Source: Reclinomonas americana ATCC 50394 (lineage: Eukaryota). Taken from it: a stretch of 64,000 bases of DNA. Of this stretch, positions 12,873 through 26,452 are shown in pieces; the first letter of the stretch is position 1, and every line of letters begins with the position of its first letter. Made by a program: the position numbers and the translations under genes. The notes beneath the pieces were generated by a model. The model did no database searches. It was not told the origin of the DNA and was given only the letters and a program-made list of their open reading frames with translations. The stretch is taken from the NCBI GenBank assembly GCA_048213135.1, contig PS015049.1, forward strand, positions 128,422 through 192,421, read 5' to 3'.

Positions 12873-15800
12873 CTAATCACGCGCCGCTACTTGGCGGCCG
12901 GTACCGATCAAGCGCGGGGTCACTCTGCATCCACAGCAATAAGCATCACCATTTTCAAAAGCGCACAGAGGACGAAAAAGACGCAACGTTCTTGATGGCG
13001 GTCGAGAACTGGCGCGCGAGCTAGCACGTGAACTGGATCGCCGCGCAGACACTAAATCGGCATCCGTAATCACGGGTATCGGTCTCTCGAGGCGCATCAC
13101 CAGCCCATGATTCGTGCGCTCCTGCATCTTGAGCCACGCCTCACTGCCGTCAGGCGCCTCCATCACTACGGAGAAAAAGTGATAAGCAAGGGTCTTGCAC
13201 GCACACACACACACACACATCACTCGAGACGTAACATTGTTTCCGCTGACTGGCGGCAAATGCTCGCGTCCGGGAGTGGTGCGTCGGAGACGCGTGCGAG
13301 GCCGGTGCGTGCAACTGCAGCCCAGGCCGGGATCCATTGGAGGGTGATATAACGGGCAAGTTCACGTGATCGTCCATGTCGGCAAACTCGTACTCGTTGT
13401 AGTACGAGTGCTGCTCGTGAGTGCCGTGATAGTCGTCGTCGTCGTCGCCGCCGTGGTCGTCGTCGCCTCGATCGTCATCGTCGGCCTCGGTAAGCGCAGG
13501 TGTGATGAGACTCGGATTGGCGGCCACCGACTGGCTCGAGGCCGTCCACCTCGTCGACGATGCGTTGCGCGAGGCATTGGTCGGGCTGCCCCACACAATC
13601 TTCGGAGCGGCGCCGTGCACGTGATGGCGCTGGTCCTGCCGCTGATAACGCGACTGCGGCAACCCAGCAGTGGAGGCAGTGGGGATTGAGGTTTGCGTCC
13701 TGCCCGAATTGCTCATGGACAGCATATCCCGCAGCACAGTGACCGACGGCGTGGCCGCGGTGGAGACCGACGACTTGACCCAGGTGCGCGGCGTCGCCTG
13801 CACATCATCCTGCGCAGCCTCCGGCACCCGCCCCGTCACCATCCACCGATGCAGCGACTTGCCGCCCTGCACGCGCGCCGTCCGCACCAGGTCGCGGAGT
13901 TGCGACAGTGACAGATTGCGCGCGGCCACCATCAGCTCCTCTGGTTGCACGGCGGAGCCCGCCAGCACATCCGACGTCACATCCAGCACGTGATGCAGCG
14001 ACTGCTCGCGGTGACTGTGGGGGCGGTCGGGTGAGCGCAGCGGCAAAGTGCAACATTGACTTGACAATCGATTCATACCTTGCCGAGTTCGACAGCAGCG
14101 ATGCCGATGCCGTCTGCAGGTCGAGAGATGGCACTCCGGAACGCGGCCGCGCATGCCGCTGTGTGCCAGTCAGAATCACATCCGACACGGCCGGCGCGAG
14201 AGTGAACAGCGGATCGCCCTTGTCGCGTTTCGACGAGCGCGCCCATGTGGTGGGACTGTGTGTGTGTGCGAGTGCAAGAGTTAGAATTCGCAAAGGGAAG
14301 GAGAAGGGAACGAGAATGCTGCGAAACTTGCAATAGTGCCCGATTCGATCTGTTTCCACAATCTTCTTGCGTTGTCGGTCGACATGGTGGATGCGGTAGT
14401 GGTGCGACTGGTTGAGGAACTCGGAGAGCGACTCGTCGTGCCCGGCGGCCAGGCGCTTGCGGTGAAATGTGCTGGGGTCGCGAGCGAGCATGCTGGCGTG
14501 GGATGGGGCGAGTGGTTTCTGCGGGAAGGGAGAGGAGAGGAGGAGAAGGGTGAGGAGGAGGGAGGGGGAAGAGGGGAAGGCGATGACAGCAGCAGGATGT
14601 GAACGAGCAAGAACATGAAGGTGCTGAGAGGAAGGGGACACGGACGGTGATGATCTGGTGAGAAGAACACGTTGGTTGCGAGGAGAACGGTTGATGACTG
14701 TGAGCGGAAGAGGATAGGGAAGCCAGCAACAGCAGCAGAAGCCAAAGATATGGTGGTGATCTTATGAGAACTGCAGCAGAAGCAACAGGATGCGAACGAG
14801 AAGAATGACAGGAACCCGAAGGTGCTGAATGGAAGAGGAGACGGAAACAGAGAGATGTCGATGATGTGGTGATTGGTTGAGAAGAGAACGGCAGAAACAG
14901 TAACAGAAGCGGGGTGCGAACGAGGAGGAGGACAGGAAATCAAGGCGCTGAGCGAAAGAGGAAACTGCCAGAGAGATGGTGATGATCTGGTGATTGACGA
15001 AGAGAACGGCAGAAACAGTAACAGAAGCGGGGTGTGAAAGAGGAGGACGACACGAAATCAAGGCGCTGAGCGAAAGAGGAAACTGCCAGAGAGATGGCGA
15101 TGATCTGGTGAGAAGAACGTGGAGAAAGGCAGAAACAGAAGAGGAGGCAGGAGGTGAACGAGGAAGACGAGGGGAACATGATGATTTGGTGAGACGAGCA
15201 CGAGGGGAATGGCAGAAACAGAAGCAGCAACAGGACGCGGAGAGGAGCATTAAGAATCCGAGTGGAAGAGGAGACCAGATATCTGCAGCAGGATCATATG
15301 AACCGAGACGAGGTGGAGGAGGAAAGCAAGAAGTTGATGGCGAGAATAGAGGTGATCATCAAACGACCGCAGCAGCAACAACTGGCGAGACTCCCTGCGA
15401 TGCAGTGATTCGCTTCCCCTTTTCGTACATCCCACCGCATCTCACCGGTGCATTGTGCTGCAACCCGGACGCATCCACCAACGACACATTGCTGGCGTTC
15501 CGATCAAACGACGCCGGCGCAATTCCCTTCACAGCATTCTGCGCAGCAAAGCAATGAGGCAAGAGCACAGAAGCTCAACAATGGGACAAAAGCAACGCAA
15601 CCCCATCGGCGGCATCGCACTTGAGAAAGTCCCACGCTTTCTTCTGGTGAGCGGGATTCCCTGCAAGAAAGGAAGAGACAGTAAGAAACAGAATGTACGA
15701 TCTCGCACTCTCTATCTACGCCGCAGACTCTGCAGCTTCTCTCTCTTGCTCACAGCTTCTTGCTTCCGATTGTGCCTCTGCACTCTCCTTCACTCACAAT

Positions 15801-16387
15801 GTTCAGTCTCTCAGTTGCTTCCTGATTCTGCAGCCATCTCTTCCGTTCTCGGGTTGGATCAGCCTGCGCCTGCGTCAGCTTCTCTCACGGTCTCTCTCTC
15901 TGTGTTGCTTCTCGAGTCTGCCCGCACGTCTCAGCCTCTCACAGTCTCATCAGCCTGTCTCTCTATCTCGAGCCTGGTTCTTCTTCTGTCTGTCTCTCTC
16001 CCTCAGCTCTCCTTCTCTCTCTACACTGGCTCGGCCTGAGCCTCTGTGCGCTTGCTCTTTGCTCTCTCTTTCTCTCTCTTGCCTCTTAAGTCTGCCTCTT
16101 CTTCTGTCTGTCTCTTTCCCTGGGTGTCATTCTCTCTCTTCTTCTCTCTCTGCTCTCTCCCCTTCTCACACTCTGTGCACTCCCTCACCTCTTGGCAATC
16201 GATGCTGGCCTCCATTCAACGCCTAACGGATACCAATAAAAAGGCAAGAGAGAAAGGGAAAGAGCAAGATGCGAAGAGTGCAAACCGCACATTAATCAAA
16301 CACACGCACACACACAGAGTGAGTTTCACACACACAAAACACACAACACACTTTGTGTGTGTGTGTGTGTGTGCAGTAACATACCAT
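12873..16387 (-). CDS. Multi-exon hypothetical protein
   Basis: Phase-compatible exons M|ALNGGQHRLPRG NPAHQKKAWDFLKCDAADG|NAVKG...KPLAPSH...IGHYCN PTTWAR...VMEAPDGSEAWLKMQER. No family recognised. Confidence 0.5.
14590..15113. repeat. Intronic tandem repeat with a ~118-bp unit (near-identical copies at 14881 and 14999; degenerate copies upstream)
   Basis: gaagagaacggcagaaacagtaacagaagcggggtg...aaatcaaggcgctgagcgaaagaggaaactgccagagagatgg...gatgatctggtga is directly repeated. Confidence 0.85.
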
Positions 16388-17170
16388 TTCGGAGGTTGAA
16401 AGCGACTTGCGACTCTCTCAATAAAAGTCGGAAGTTTTTCCCTGTGATTGCTGCGAGTTGCTGCTCCTTCTCCTCTCTTACTATGCACAGACACACACAC
16501 GCACGCGCACGCACAGAGAGTGTGTGTGCGTGTGCGCGAGTGATTGCGGTCAAAACGGCGCGTGGCGGGACACGTGACGTTGGATTGCTGTCCGATCGCT
16601 GTGATCGATTTCGGCAGCTTGGACGCACGTGCGACTCTGCGTATGGCAATGGCTGCATGTTGGCGTTGGCGTGCTACTTCTCTTTTTTCCCTTGCCTTTG
16701 TTCGCGACGTCGACGTCGTGGTTCGCGGCCGGCCGACGCGCGCTGTGAGGTCGCGTACACCAGAATGATATGTCCTATTAACCAGTGAGCAACGTATAGC
16801 GCAATGGTCACCTCAGTGATGAATGCCACGTCGAAGCTGCCCGCAGATCGTCGCCGTCAAGAAAAGTCGCTGCGAAATCCACCGCGCAATTCCGCAAAGC
16901 GCAAAAGCCAGCCCACTACATCCGCTGCCTCCAGTTCGACGCCACGCACGCTTTTCTCGCTGCTGGCGACAATGCAGGACCACAGTCCACGTGCACATCG
17001 AGAAAACGTCGAGAAAACTGCATGCAATCCAATATCCGGACATGTACACGCAGTTTCTCTCGAGCTCTCGAGCTCTCAGCAAGCGAGTGGCCACTCCCAC
17101 ACGAGTACACGTATGAACACAACTCCTTATACGCACAGGACAAAGCAATCCTCAATTCTATTCATCACCA

Positions 17171-19820
17171 ATGCAAACGCAAAGATTACCTCTGTTCCTC
17201 CTTCTCCTTTGTTGCATCCTCGTGAGTGTCAGTCAATGTGCACTCGCCGGCACCTCTGTGGGCGTGACTGAGGTGTGCCTGGACATTGTTGGGCGTGGAG
17301 GAGTGGTGGATCCAGTGGCGCCTCCGCGCGGATTGCCTGTGACCTCGGCCGCGTGCAATGACCCCACAGAGACATTCATGTTGGCGTGGTACCCGGCGGA
17401 TGATGGAGATGTGAAGTTGAGGGGATGAGAGAGAGAGAGGAGAGAGAGAGGAGGAGGAGGNNNNNNNNNNNNNNNNNNNNTTTCTCCTGCCTCCACTCTG
17501 TCTCTCTGTCTCTCTCCCTCTCTCCCTCTGTCTCTGTCACTCCTCTCCTCTCTTCTCTCTTGTCTTCAGAGAGACAGAGTCAGACTCACATGCAATCAGC
17601 GACAGAGCACGAGGATGCTTCCTCTCCTGCCTTGTGCCTCCTCTCCCTCTCTCACACACACACCCACTCACCAATCCCTATTCCCTTCACCACAGATCCC
17701 CCCTCTTCTCCTACCTGCAACGCGACTACGAGCTCGCCCTCAAGCGCATGCAACTCAACATCACCTCGCTGCTCGACTACCGCGGCACGGCGCGCTTCAA
17801 TGCGCGCCCGATATCCGGCCGCCGCTACCCGCTGATTGCGCTCTCGCACGACTCGTGCTCGCAGCCGGCCATGTACGCCTTCCTCGGCGAGTACCTCGCC
17901 CTGCAGGGCTACGTGGTGGTGGCGCCAAATCACTACGGGTCGTCGCAGTTGGATTGGGCGGCGAATCCGCTGTTGGATGGGTGCTTCCGCTTGCCGCAGG
18001 TGCTCACCGAGTTGTGGTACGAGTACTACTTCAAGTCACTGTGGTGGCGCCCGCTGGACATTATCGCGGCCATCAATCGAGTCCTGCCGTTCTCGCAGCA
18101 CGACGGCGATCCGTCGTGGTTCAAGGAGCTGGTGGATCCCGGCGCTGTGGTTACAGGTGTGTGTTGCAAAAGGGGGAGAGGTGCTTCAAATGGGAGAAAG
18201 AAAAGAGGTACTCATTGTGTGTGTGACAGTGCTGGGTCACGGACTCGGTGGCTTGTCGGCGTTTTACGCCAGTGGCGTGGACTTGCCGGAGTGCTCGTTT
18301 GGCATTCTGCGTTGCGTTTTATGTTGGTGAATGTCACGCGTAGTTTGTGGGTGTTGACGGTGGCTGGTGGTTTGCGTAGCACTGGTTGGACCGCAGCCGC
18401 AGAATTACCAAGCGATTGTGGAAAAGGTGTGGTTATCAATATCGTCACGCACTATCTCGCACTCTTTCTATCTCCGATTAACACCCTTCCTTCGTCAGGT
18501 GTGCGCCTACCTGACGTCGACATTCGGCAACGGACCGTACCTCTTCAAGGATCAGCGCCTGGTCGCCACTGTGATCTACGGTTTCGTGACATTCGCTCTT
18601 GCTCTCCTCGTCGTACCACCACACTCACCGTCTCGCAGATGCTTGGATGGCACCGAGTGGCCTACAACTCGACACGTCGGATCTGTTCACTCGGCCACTC
18701 TTCTTCTCCACTGACGCCTCGAACAATCCCAACACCGTCGTCACGCAGCAGGTTGGTCGCCTGTGCTCTCTGCTTCCTGCACACACTCGCCGCACTCTCG
18801 ATGTTGTGCACGCATCTGTGCTATCTCTCTCCGTTTCTGTCTCTCTCTCTCTCTCTCACATATCTGCGCATATTTTCTGTGTTTTGTGTCACATAAATCT
18901 GCACACAGGTCTCTGTGCGCTCCTTTTCGTTGCAGTACTCTGTGCTGTCTCATTTCCTCAGTTTCTCATGAATGTATACAATTCTCTTTGTTGTATACTC
19001 CTCCCTCTCTATGTGCTATCCTTTCTGCACACGATTCTCTGTTAGTCGTCCTCCTCGCTCTCTTTTGTCACATAGCACACAGTTCTTTGTGGTCTCCTTT
19101 TCCTTTCTCTCACTATGTGTTTGTCTCTCTCTCTCTCTCTCTTAACTGCCCTCTACGGTCTCCTTTTCACATTTCTGTGCGCCGCAGTGTTCCTCGAAGT
19201 TCTCCGTGCTTGCGTCTCTCTTCGCTTCTCATTCCTGCACACAGTTTCTCTTTCCTTAACTCTCTATTCTCTCTTTCCCTTCTCTCTCTCTCTCTCTCTC
19301 NNNNNNNNNNNNNNNNNNNNNNNNNNNNNNNNNNNNNNNNNNNNNNNNNNNNNNNNNNNNNNNNNNNNNNNNNNNNNNNNNNNNNNNNNNNNNNNNNNNN
19401 NNNNNNNNNNNNNNNNNNNNNNNNNNNNNNNNNNNNNNNNNNNNNNNNNNNNNNNNNNNNNNNNNNNNNNNNNNNNNNNNNNNNNNNNNNNNNNNNNNNN
19501 NNNNNNNNNNNNNNNNNNNNNNNNNNNNNNNNNNNNNNNNNNNNNNNNNNNNNNNNNNNNNNNNNNNNNNNNNNNNNNNNNNNNNNNNNNNNNNNNNNNN
19601 NNNNNNNNNNNNNNNNNNNNNNNNNNNNNNNNNNNNNNNNNNNNNNNNNNNNNNNNNNNNNNNNNNNNNNNNNNNNNNNNNNNNNNNNNNNNNNNNNNNN
19701 NNNNNNNNNNNNNNNNNNNNNNNNNNNNNNNNNNNNNNNNNNNNNNNNNNNNNNNNNNNNNCGTCGTCTCTCTCTCTCTCTCTCTCTCACACTACTTCTC
19801 TTCTTACTCTCTCTCTCTCT

Positions 19821-19873
<53 letters not shown>

Positions 19874-21058
19874 CGTGCACTCACCGCTTTGTCTCCATCC
19901 ACAGCGCTACAGCGACATCTCGCAGTCACAACCGAACCTACCCAAGGCCGAGGTGATTCTCAACGACGGCGGCAACCGTCTCTTCACCGACCTGTGTCAG
20001 CTTCCGCAGTCGGTGCGCACTGACCCGCAAGCATCGAGATTCATCGGTGACACGAGCTTCTGCGACAAGCTGATGACGGACATTGGCACCTACTACAACG
20101 CGATCCAGGTGAGGGCGTCAATCCGCCTCCATTCGCACTGATCTCTCATTCTCCACGCTTTCCTGGTCACTCTTTTTATTGCTCTCTCATTCGTTCTGGT
20201 TGCTTATGGACGTCATCACGCAGTTGTCAATGATTGGTGTTCCGTCAACGTTTCTGTGTCTGTTTCTGAACTCTGTTTCTCGCTCTTTTGTCTCTTCGCT
20301 GCTTGCTTCTCACCTGCTTGATCTTCCTTTTTTCACTCTCCATCTTGTTCACCACTCCTTCTGCTTGCCTGCAGACCGCATCGCGATCTAATGCTTCAGT
20401 CCCCTCTTGTCCATTCCTTTCACTCTGCTCTACCTGCTTGCTTCCTCGCCCACCACTCGTTCAGCTTTCTCTGCCTTGTCTTTCCTTCCCCCCTCCCCCT
20501 TCCCCCTTCCCCCCTCCCCCCTTCCCCCTTCCCTCCCTTCCCCCTTTCTCACCCACTCCCCCCTTCCCCCTCCGGCAGACCAAAACCGACAACTGGGCGG
20601 AGATCTTTGTGCGCCAGAACGTGGCGCTGGCGCGCGACATGTCCCTCCCCAACCTCGCCCAACCAGCGTCCGCCATCAGCAGCGCGACGAGCTCGCACGT
20701 GGCCGAGCTGGCCGAGGTGACGAGCATTGATTTCCGCGTGGCTTTCATTGCCACCACCTCGACGGCCTTTGCCATCATCGCCTGCCTCACTCTGTTTATC
20801 ATGTGCTGCGAGCGTGGTGGAACGCACGCCGACTGGTCCAAGGTTGACGACGACTCGGACGTGGACGATTTTGCTGAGGACGACGACGAGGAGGACGACG
20901 ACGGAGTCGACAACGACGCCACAGAGTTGGGCATTGCGGGGCTCGACGAGGACACGGCGGCGGCGCTGCCAGTGGCCAACTCGACTGTTGATTATGGCAC
21001 AGATTCGCCGGCGCATCACGGTCGGGGGGCGACCCTGCGTCGCACTGGCAAGTCATGA
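17171..21058 (+). CDS. Type I membrane alpha/beta-hydrolase-fold protein (PAF-acetylhydrolase/dienelactone-hydrolase-like), probable pseudoenzyme
   Basis: Signal peptide (LPLFLLLLCCILVSVSQC); motifs AWYPA, RYPLIALSH, YAFLGEYLALQGYVVVAPNH, RPLDI, VLGHGLGG, KDQRLVATV, GGNRLFTDLC; C-terminal TM (VAFIATTSTAFAIIACLTLFIMCC) then an acidic tail. Seven in-frame introns modelled. Confidence 0.8.
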
Positions 21059-21238
21059 GGAAATATGTAGGGAGGTAGTTGGCGAGGATGGCTGCGCAAT
21101 GAATACATCATGGAGAATAGGTTGCATGTCATGCAAGTTTCAACCAGTTGTGTTTTATTCACAGAAAAGAAAACAAGGGGGAGCACGCGACAGCGGCCAC
21201 ATGTGTACAGGAGGGGGAAAAAGTTGTTTGTTGTGTTT

Positions 21239-22739
21239 TTAAAACGCTGGGCCGCGCAGGCGGCGGTCGACCATGGCACGGGAGTGGCTCGCGCGCTCCT
21301 CAAACTCAGCGGCAATCTCTGCCATGCGCTGCTGCATCTCCCGCAGGCGCTCCACAGCCGCCACACGCTCGTCACCGAATCGTGCCACCACGCGATCAAT
21401 GGCCTCGTCGAACGTCACCTGCAGATCGCGGAGACGCTGAATGGCATCAGCACGCTCCGGGTCCGTCAACCGCACTTGCACGGCAAACGTCGCCGCATCC
21501 ATGCGCTCTTGTGTCGCACGCATGCGCTCCACGGCATGTTCGCGATCCTCCTCCTCCTCCTCGCTTGTCTCCTCCTCCTCCTCCTCCTCCTGCTCCTCAA
21601 ACTCGATCAGAGCCGCCGGCAAGGTGGTGACCACCGGCGTCTCACACGTGCTGCCGTCGTGCGTCTCAAAGCACTCGCACATACGCTCCAGCGGGTCGTA
21701 CACGCCATTGTGGTTGCACTCGGCTGNNNNNNNNNNNNNNNNNNNNNNNNNNNNNNNNNNNNNNNNNNNAGCCGTGCACGAATCCAAGCACGGCCTCGTG
21801 CAACAACAACGAGTCGTCGTCGTCGCCGCTGTCGTCACTGTTGTCTTGCACGCGGGCGGCACCGGGGCGCGCGCGCGGCAGCGCACGATCGCAGCGACCG
21901 CCGGCAAAGTGCGCAAAGCAGCGGCACACTCCCTTGTACATGTTCCACACGCCGTGGAACTCGCACTCGGGCGATCCCGCCAGCTGCTCCGCCTCGGGCT
22001 CACCAAACACTGCACGCACACACACACACACACAGTCAGCACACTGCCTCGCCGTCACGCATTCTCCTGTTGATCCGCTCACCATTCAGGCCATCGGTAT
22101 GCGCCGGCTCGACAACAAACTGGCACAAATCGCCGGCAAAGTGCTCAAAGCACACACACTTGCCGGTCCGCGGCTGCCACACACCCTGGCCCTCCGAGCA
22201 CTCGGCCGAGCCCTCCACCAACTCAATCGGATCAATGCCCGTCACCTCTGTGCATGCAAAGTGAGCGACGGAACACAATCACCACTTGTATTGAGTGTAC
22301 TCACCGATATCGGAGCTGTCACGTCCGCCCTCACACTCCACGCCCTCAAACTCCTCAAAGCACAAGCACGTTCCCTTGGCCGGGTTCCACACTCCGCGCT
22401 GGTTGCACTCGGGCGATCCCTCCACAAACTCCATCACAGACACATCTTCGAGGAGAGAGGAGGGGTGTTTGAGCACAAGAAAACAATAGCAGTTTCTTCA
22501 CACAGAGAGAGTCGCTCACCACTCATATCATTCTCCACAAACTCGTCGTCGTCTTCGTTCAAGTCGCGCTCGTCAAAGTGCACCGTCCACTCCGTGTCAT
22601 GGTGCGGCCACTCAGCACCTCGTTGCGCCCCTTCCTCCTCCTCCATGGATTGCGCGTGCGCACCACTGATCGCCATCAGTGCCAGCAGCACCACACTCAT
22701 CACCACCAACAGCAGCACTCGTTGTTGTGTCACACTCAT
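21239..22739 (-). CDS. Secreted protein with four EGF-like repeats and a C-terminal coiled coil
   Basis: Signal peptide VLLLVVMSVVLLALMAISGAHA; four repeats of the form EC..GV[WY].....C.CF...[xG]..C; E-rich helical C-terminus. Three phase-1 GT-AG introns. Confidence 0.8.
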
Positions 22740-23749
22740 TGCTCTCTCTCTCTCTCACACACACGTACACACTCTCAGTCTCTCTCTCTTTCGTCACTCG
22801 TTGTTCCTGCGCCTCTAACTTGTTTGGATCTTCCGCCTCTTCTCCCTCTCTCTCTAAATGACACCTCTAAAAACTCGTTTCCGACCACCTGTGAGTGCGC
22901 GCGCGTGTCACAGCAAGTGAGTGACACAGTGTGACAGGAGGGAAAGAGCGGGTGGTCTGTGCTCACCACGCGTCAACCTCTAATGTGAGAAATATTCCGA
23001 ACTTGGCAAGAGCTGTTGAACTGCGCTGCAAGCGACTCTCATCTCATCTCTTGTCGGGTTTACATTATGTGCGTTGTGTACGTTTTCTNNNNNNNNNNNN
23101 NNNNNNNNNNNNNNNNNNNNNNNNNNNNNNNNNNNNNNNNNNNNNNNNNNNNNNNNNNNNNNNNNNNNNNNNNNNNNNNNNNNNNNNNNNNNNNNNNNNN
23201 NNNNNNNNNNNNNNNNNNNNNNNNNNNNNNNNNNNNNNNNNNNNNNNNNNNNNNNNNNNNNNNNNNNNNNNNNNNNNNNNNNNNNNNNNNNNNNNNNNNN
23301 NNNNNNNNNNNNNNNNNNNNNNNNNNNNNNNNNNNNNNNNNNNNNNNNNNNNNNNNNNNNNNNNNNNNNNNNNNNNNNNNNNNNNNNNNNNNNNNNNNNN
23401 NNNNNNNNNNNNNNNNNNNNNNNNNNNNNNNNNNNNNNNNNNNNNNNNNNNNNNNNNNNNNNNNNNNNNNNNNNNNNNNNNNNNNNNNNNNNNNNNNNNN
23501 NNNNNNNNNNNNNNNNNNNNNNNNNNNNNNNNNNNNNNNNNNNNNNNNNNNNNNNNNNNNNNNNNNNNNNNNNNNNNNNNNNNNNNNNNNNNNNNNNNNN
23601 NNNNNNNNNNNNNNNNNNNNNNNNNNNNNNNNNNNNNNNNNNNNNNNNNNNNNNNNNNNNNNNNNNNNNNNNNNNNNNNNNNNNNNNNNNNNNNNNNNNN
23701 NNNNNNNNNNNNNNNNNNNNNNNNNNNNNNNNNNNNNNNNNNNNNNNNN

Positions 23750-26452
23750 AACTACCGCGGGCCAGCAGCACTGCGAGCACGGAGATGATCACCAGGCCGA
23801 TCATTGCGGGAAGCAGAAAGGAACTGCTGGAGGAGCCGGCAGGTGCCGGTTTTGCAGAGGAGGAGGAGGATGACTGTGGAGCGGCGGCGGAGGATCGAGA
23901 GGCCGCCGAGGGCGTGGCAGACGAGGCGGAGACGGTCGAGGCTGGTGTGGCGACCGCCATATCGACCAGCTGGCCGTAGAGTGCAGTACCCGGGCTGCCT
24001 TCTGCGGAGTAAAGACACATGAGTTTGAGCGTCTCTCACCTCGTGCAATTCCCCCCACTCACTCACCATGCTCGACGAGCTGACCCGAATGTGTGCCGGT
24101 GCGTTCCGTGAGTGGGTGGTTCTCGGCAGTGGCCGCCGAAATGCCACGCAGGCCCAGCAGCTGTTCTAGTCGCTCGCCCATGACCTGCAAGCGCGCAACG
24201 TGAGAGGCGAATCGCTTCCTTAGTTGTCAAGGCCGGAAGAGCGCGCAACATCCATCGAGTCGTCGACAAACAGGTGATCGTTGCACGTCACTTGCGGGAT
24301 GCCGGAATCGACAAACACTCGGCGCGCCAGCGGATACACAAAGTCGGTGTCTGCACGGGAGGCGGATAAGGAGACGCACAATCTACTGCCTCCTGAAGCA
24401 CGCCTGACCTTCGCGTTTCCGCAAATCGACTGCCGGTCGCTCATCTTCGCCAACACCACCACCGGCAAGGTGCACTCGCCACTGCAGTGTGGCACACAAG
24501 TCGTTCTTGACGCACTGCACAGTGGGCGCTTGAGTGTTGCTCATGCACATGGAAGAGATAGAGAAACGAGTGCCGACACAAACCTGCACGGCATCGGCCA
24601 CGCTCACTTTGCCGTCGACAATGCACAACGAGTTGGCACACAGCTGATACCGACACGTGCCACGTGTGGGTTGATTGCTCGCGGCGTCGAAGCCCACATG
24701 GGGGAGCATGGGGTCGCTTGACAACAACTCCACGGTGTGCTGCATGGAGAAAATCAGTCGCTTCTATCGCCACCCGTTCTTGCATGTCCACACCAACCTG
24801 CTTGGCACGACCGAGCTCGTCCACCGTCTTGCCGTCTTGCGCGACCTCGCCGTCAATCAGCGCCACCATGGCCTGAATGCCGTCGCAGTACATGCGTACC
24901 ACACGCTGCGTGAAAGGAGTCAGCAACTGATCGCGGTAGTGTCGCACCGGAAGCATGTTCAAACCTCCAAGTGGGCGTCGATCGCACTGCAATGTGGAAA
25001 CGCGCAAGTGAGTGTGCGACAACCTCGCAAAAATCTGCGGGAGAATCACGCAACGCTGCCGACGCCGCCGACGCCAACACCGGCACGACCAGGTCGATTT
25101 CCAACCGCGACACCAGATGCTGCATCTTGGCCGTCACCGACTGCTGTGTTTTCCATGCAGCGGGTTGCAGGGCCACCACGTTTGGGGGCGCAGCACTCTT
25201 CAGCGTTACTCTGTGAAAGGAGAATGGGGAGAGGATCATTGTCAACCAACTTGTACTCACTGAATTGTATACGCTTCCCTCTGCTCATGTGCAACTCACG
25301 GAATGAGTGGGGCGGTAGAGAGAGAGAGGAGGGGGTAGGAGGAGGAGGAGGAGGAGAAAGAAATAGAACAACAACAACAACAACACCGACACAGAGAAGA
25401 GCGCGCGCGCGCTCTCTCTCTCTTCTACTCGGTCCAACTTGTCGAAGTACAACACAAGATGAGTCTCTGTCTCACTCTCGCACGCTGTCCCTTCCACGTG
25501 CACCGTCGCAGTGTGCTCAAGCACCACTCGGGGAATGCCGCCTTCCAACATGAGCACGTGCAACAGAAATGCACGAGTTCTCTTCACGCTTCCTTTCCTC
25601 AATGCACCATTGAAGCGAGCTTCTATACAGTGATGATGCATGCTGTCTGCGATCGCTCATATCTCCCTTCTCCAGCTGGCAAACGTACATCTGGTTTCAA
25701 AAAGCGCACGGAGAGCTGTCTCTCTCACTCTCCTCTTTCGTACACCCTCTCTCCGCTCTCCCTCTTTAACATGCATCAATCCATCTTGCACATGTCGACG
25801 GAGAGCTGTCTCTCTCCTCCTCCTTCTCCCCCTCCCTTCCCCTCCAGCGTCCACCCAACTTGCGCGTATGCTGATGCATGTGCAACACATAGAACGGATG
25901 CTCCCGCGTGGCCGGACACTCCACTCGCACATGTCGCAGCAGCTCCGACAAGTACTGCGCGTTCTCGCGAAACACATCCGTGTACGTGACCACATACACT
26001 CCCACGACCGTCACACCTCCGGGAAGCAGTCGACTCGCCTGTGCTGTGTGCGTCACGAGACAAGAGAGAGAAAGTGGGAAGACACATGTATGTAGAAGGG
26101 TACCTCGCGGACATGTTGCGCGACCCAGTGTGGTGTCAGAGTCGAGAATGAACGCTCAGCAGCACCTGCATGTGCATTCATCAATCACACGCTCTCTCTC
26201 TTTCTCTCTCTCACTCTCTTATCACACTCACCTGAGGGTGGTGAGGGTGACGGAGCCACGTGGAAGCACACATGGCGATCGCCCAGTGCCTGTGAGGAGA
26301 CAAGTGAGTGCGCGTGTGTGTGAGTGTGCAGAGAGTGTGCACATGTCACTCACCTGGCCAACGAGAATGCCCACGTCAAAGACGGTGCCAGCGCGACACA
26401 GGTCTTCTAGTACGGTGGACACAAGTCGCTGATCGCCGACAAGAGTGGCCAT
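23750..26452 (-). CDS. ODR4: ODR-4 family ER membrane protein (3' end runs into an N gap)
   Basis: VGILVGQ, WVAQHVREASRLLPGGVTVVGVYVV, AVKALKNDL-like CVKNDL segment, PLARRVFV...NDHLF and a C-terminal TM (FLLPAMIGLVIISVLAVLLA) match ODR-4-like proteins. Confidence 0.85.

Noticed and set aside
16500-17100. Possible small gene or structured RNA upstream of the hydrolase-like gene
   Set aside because: No consistent frame, splice pattern or RNA family motif.
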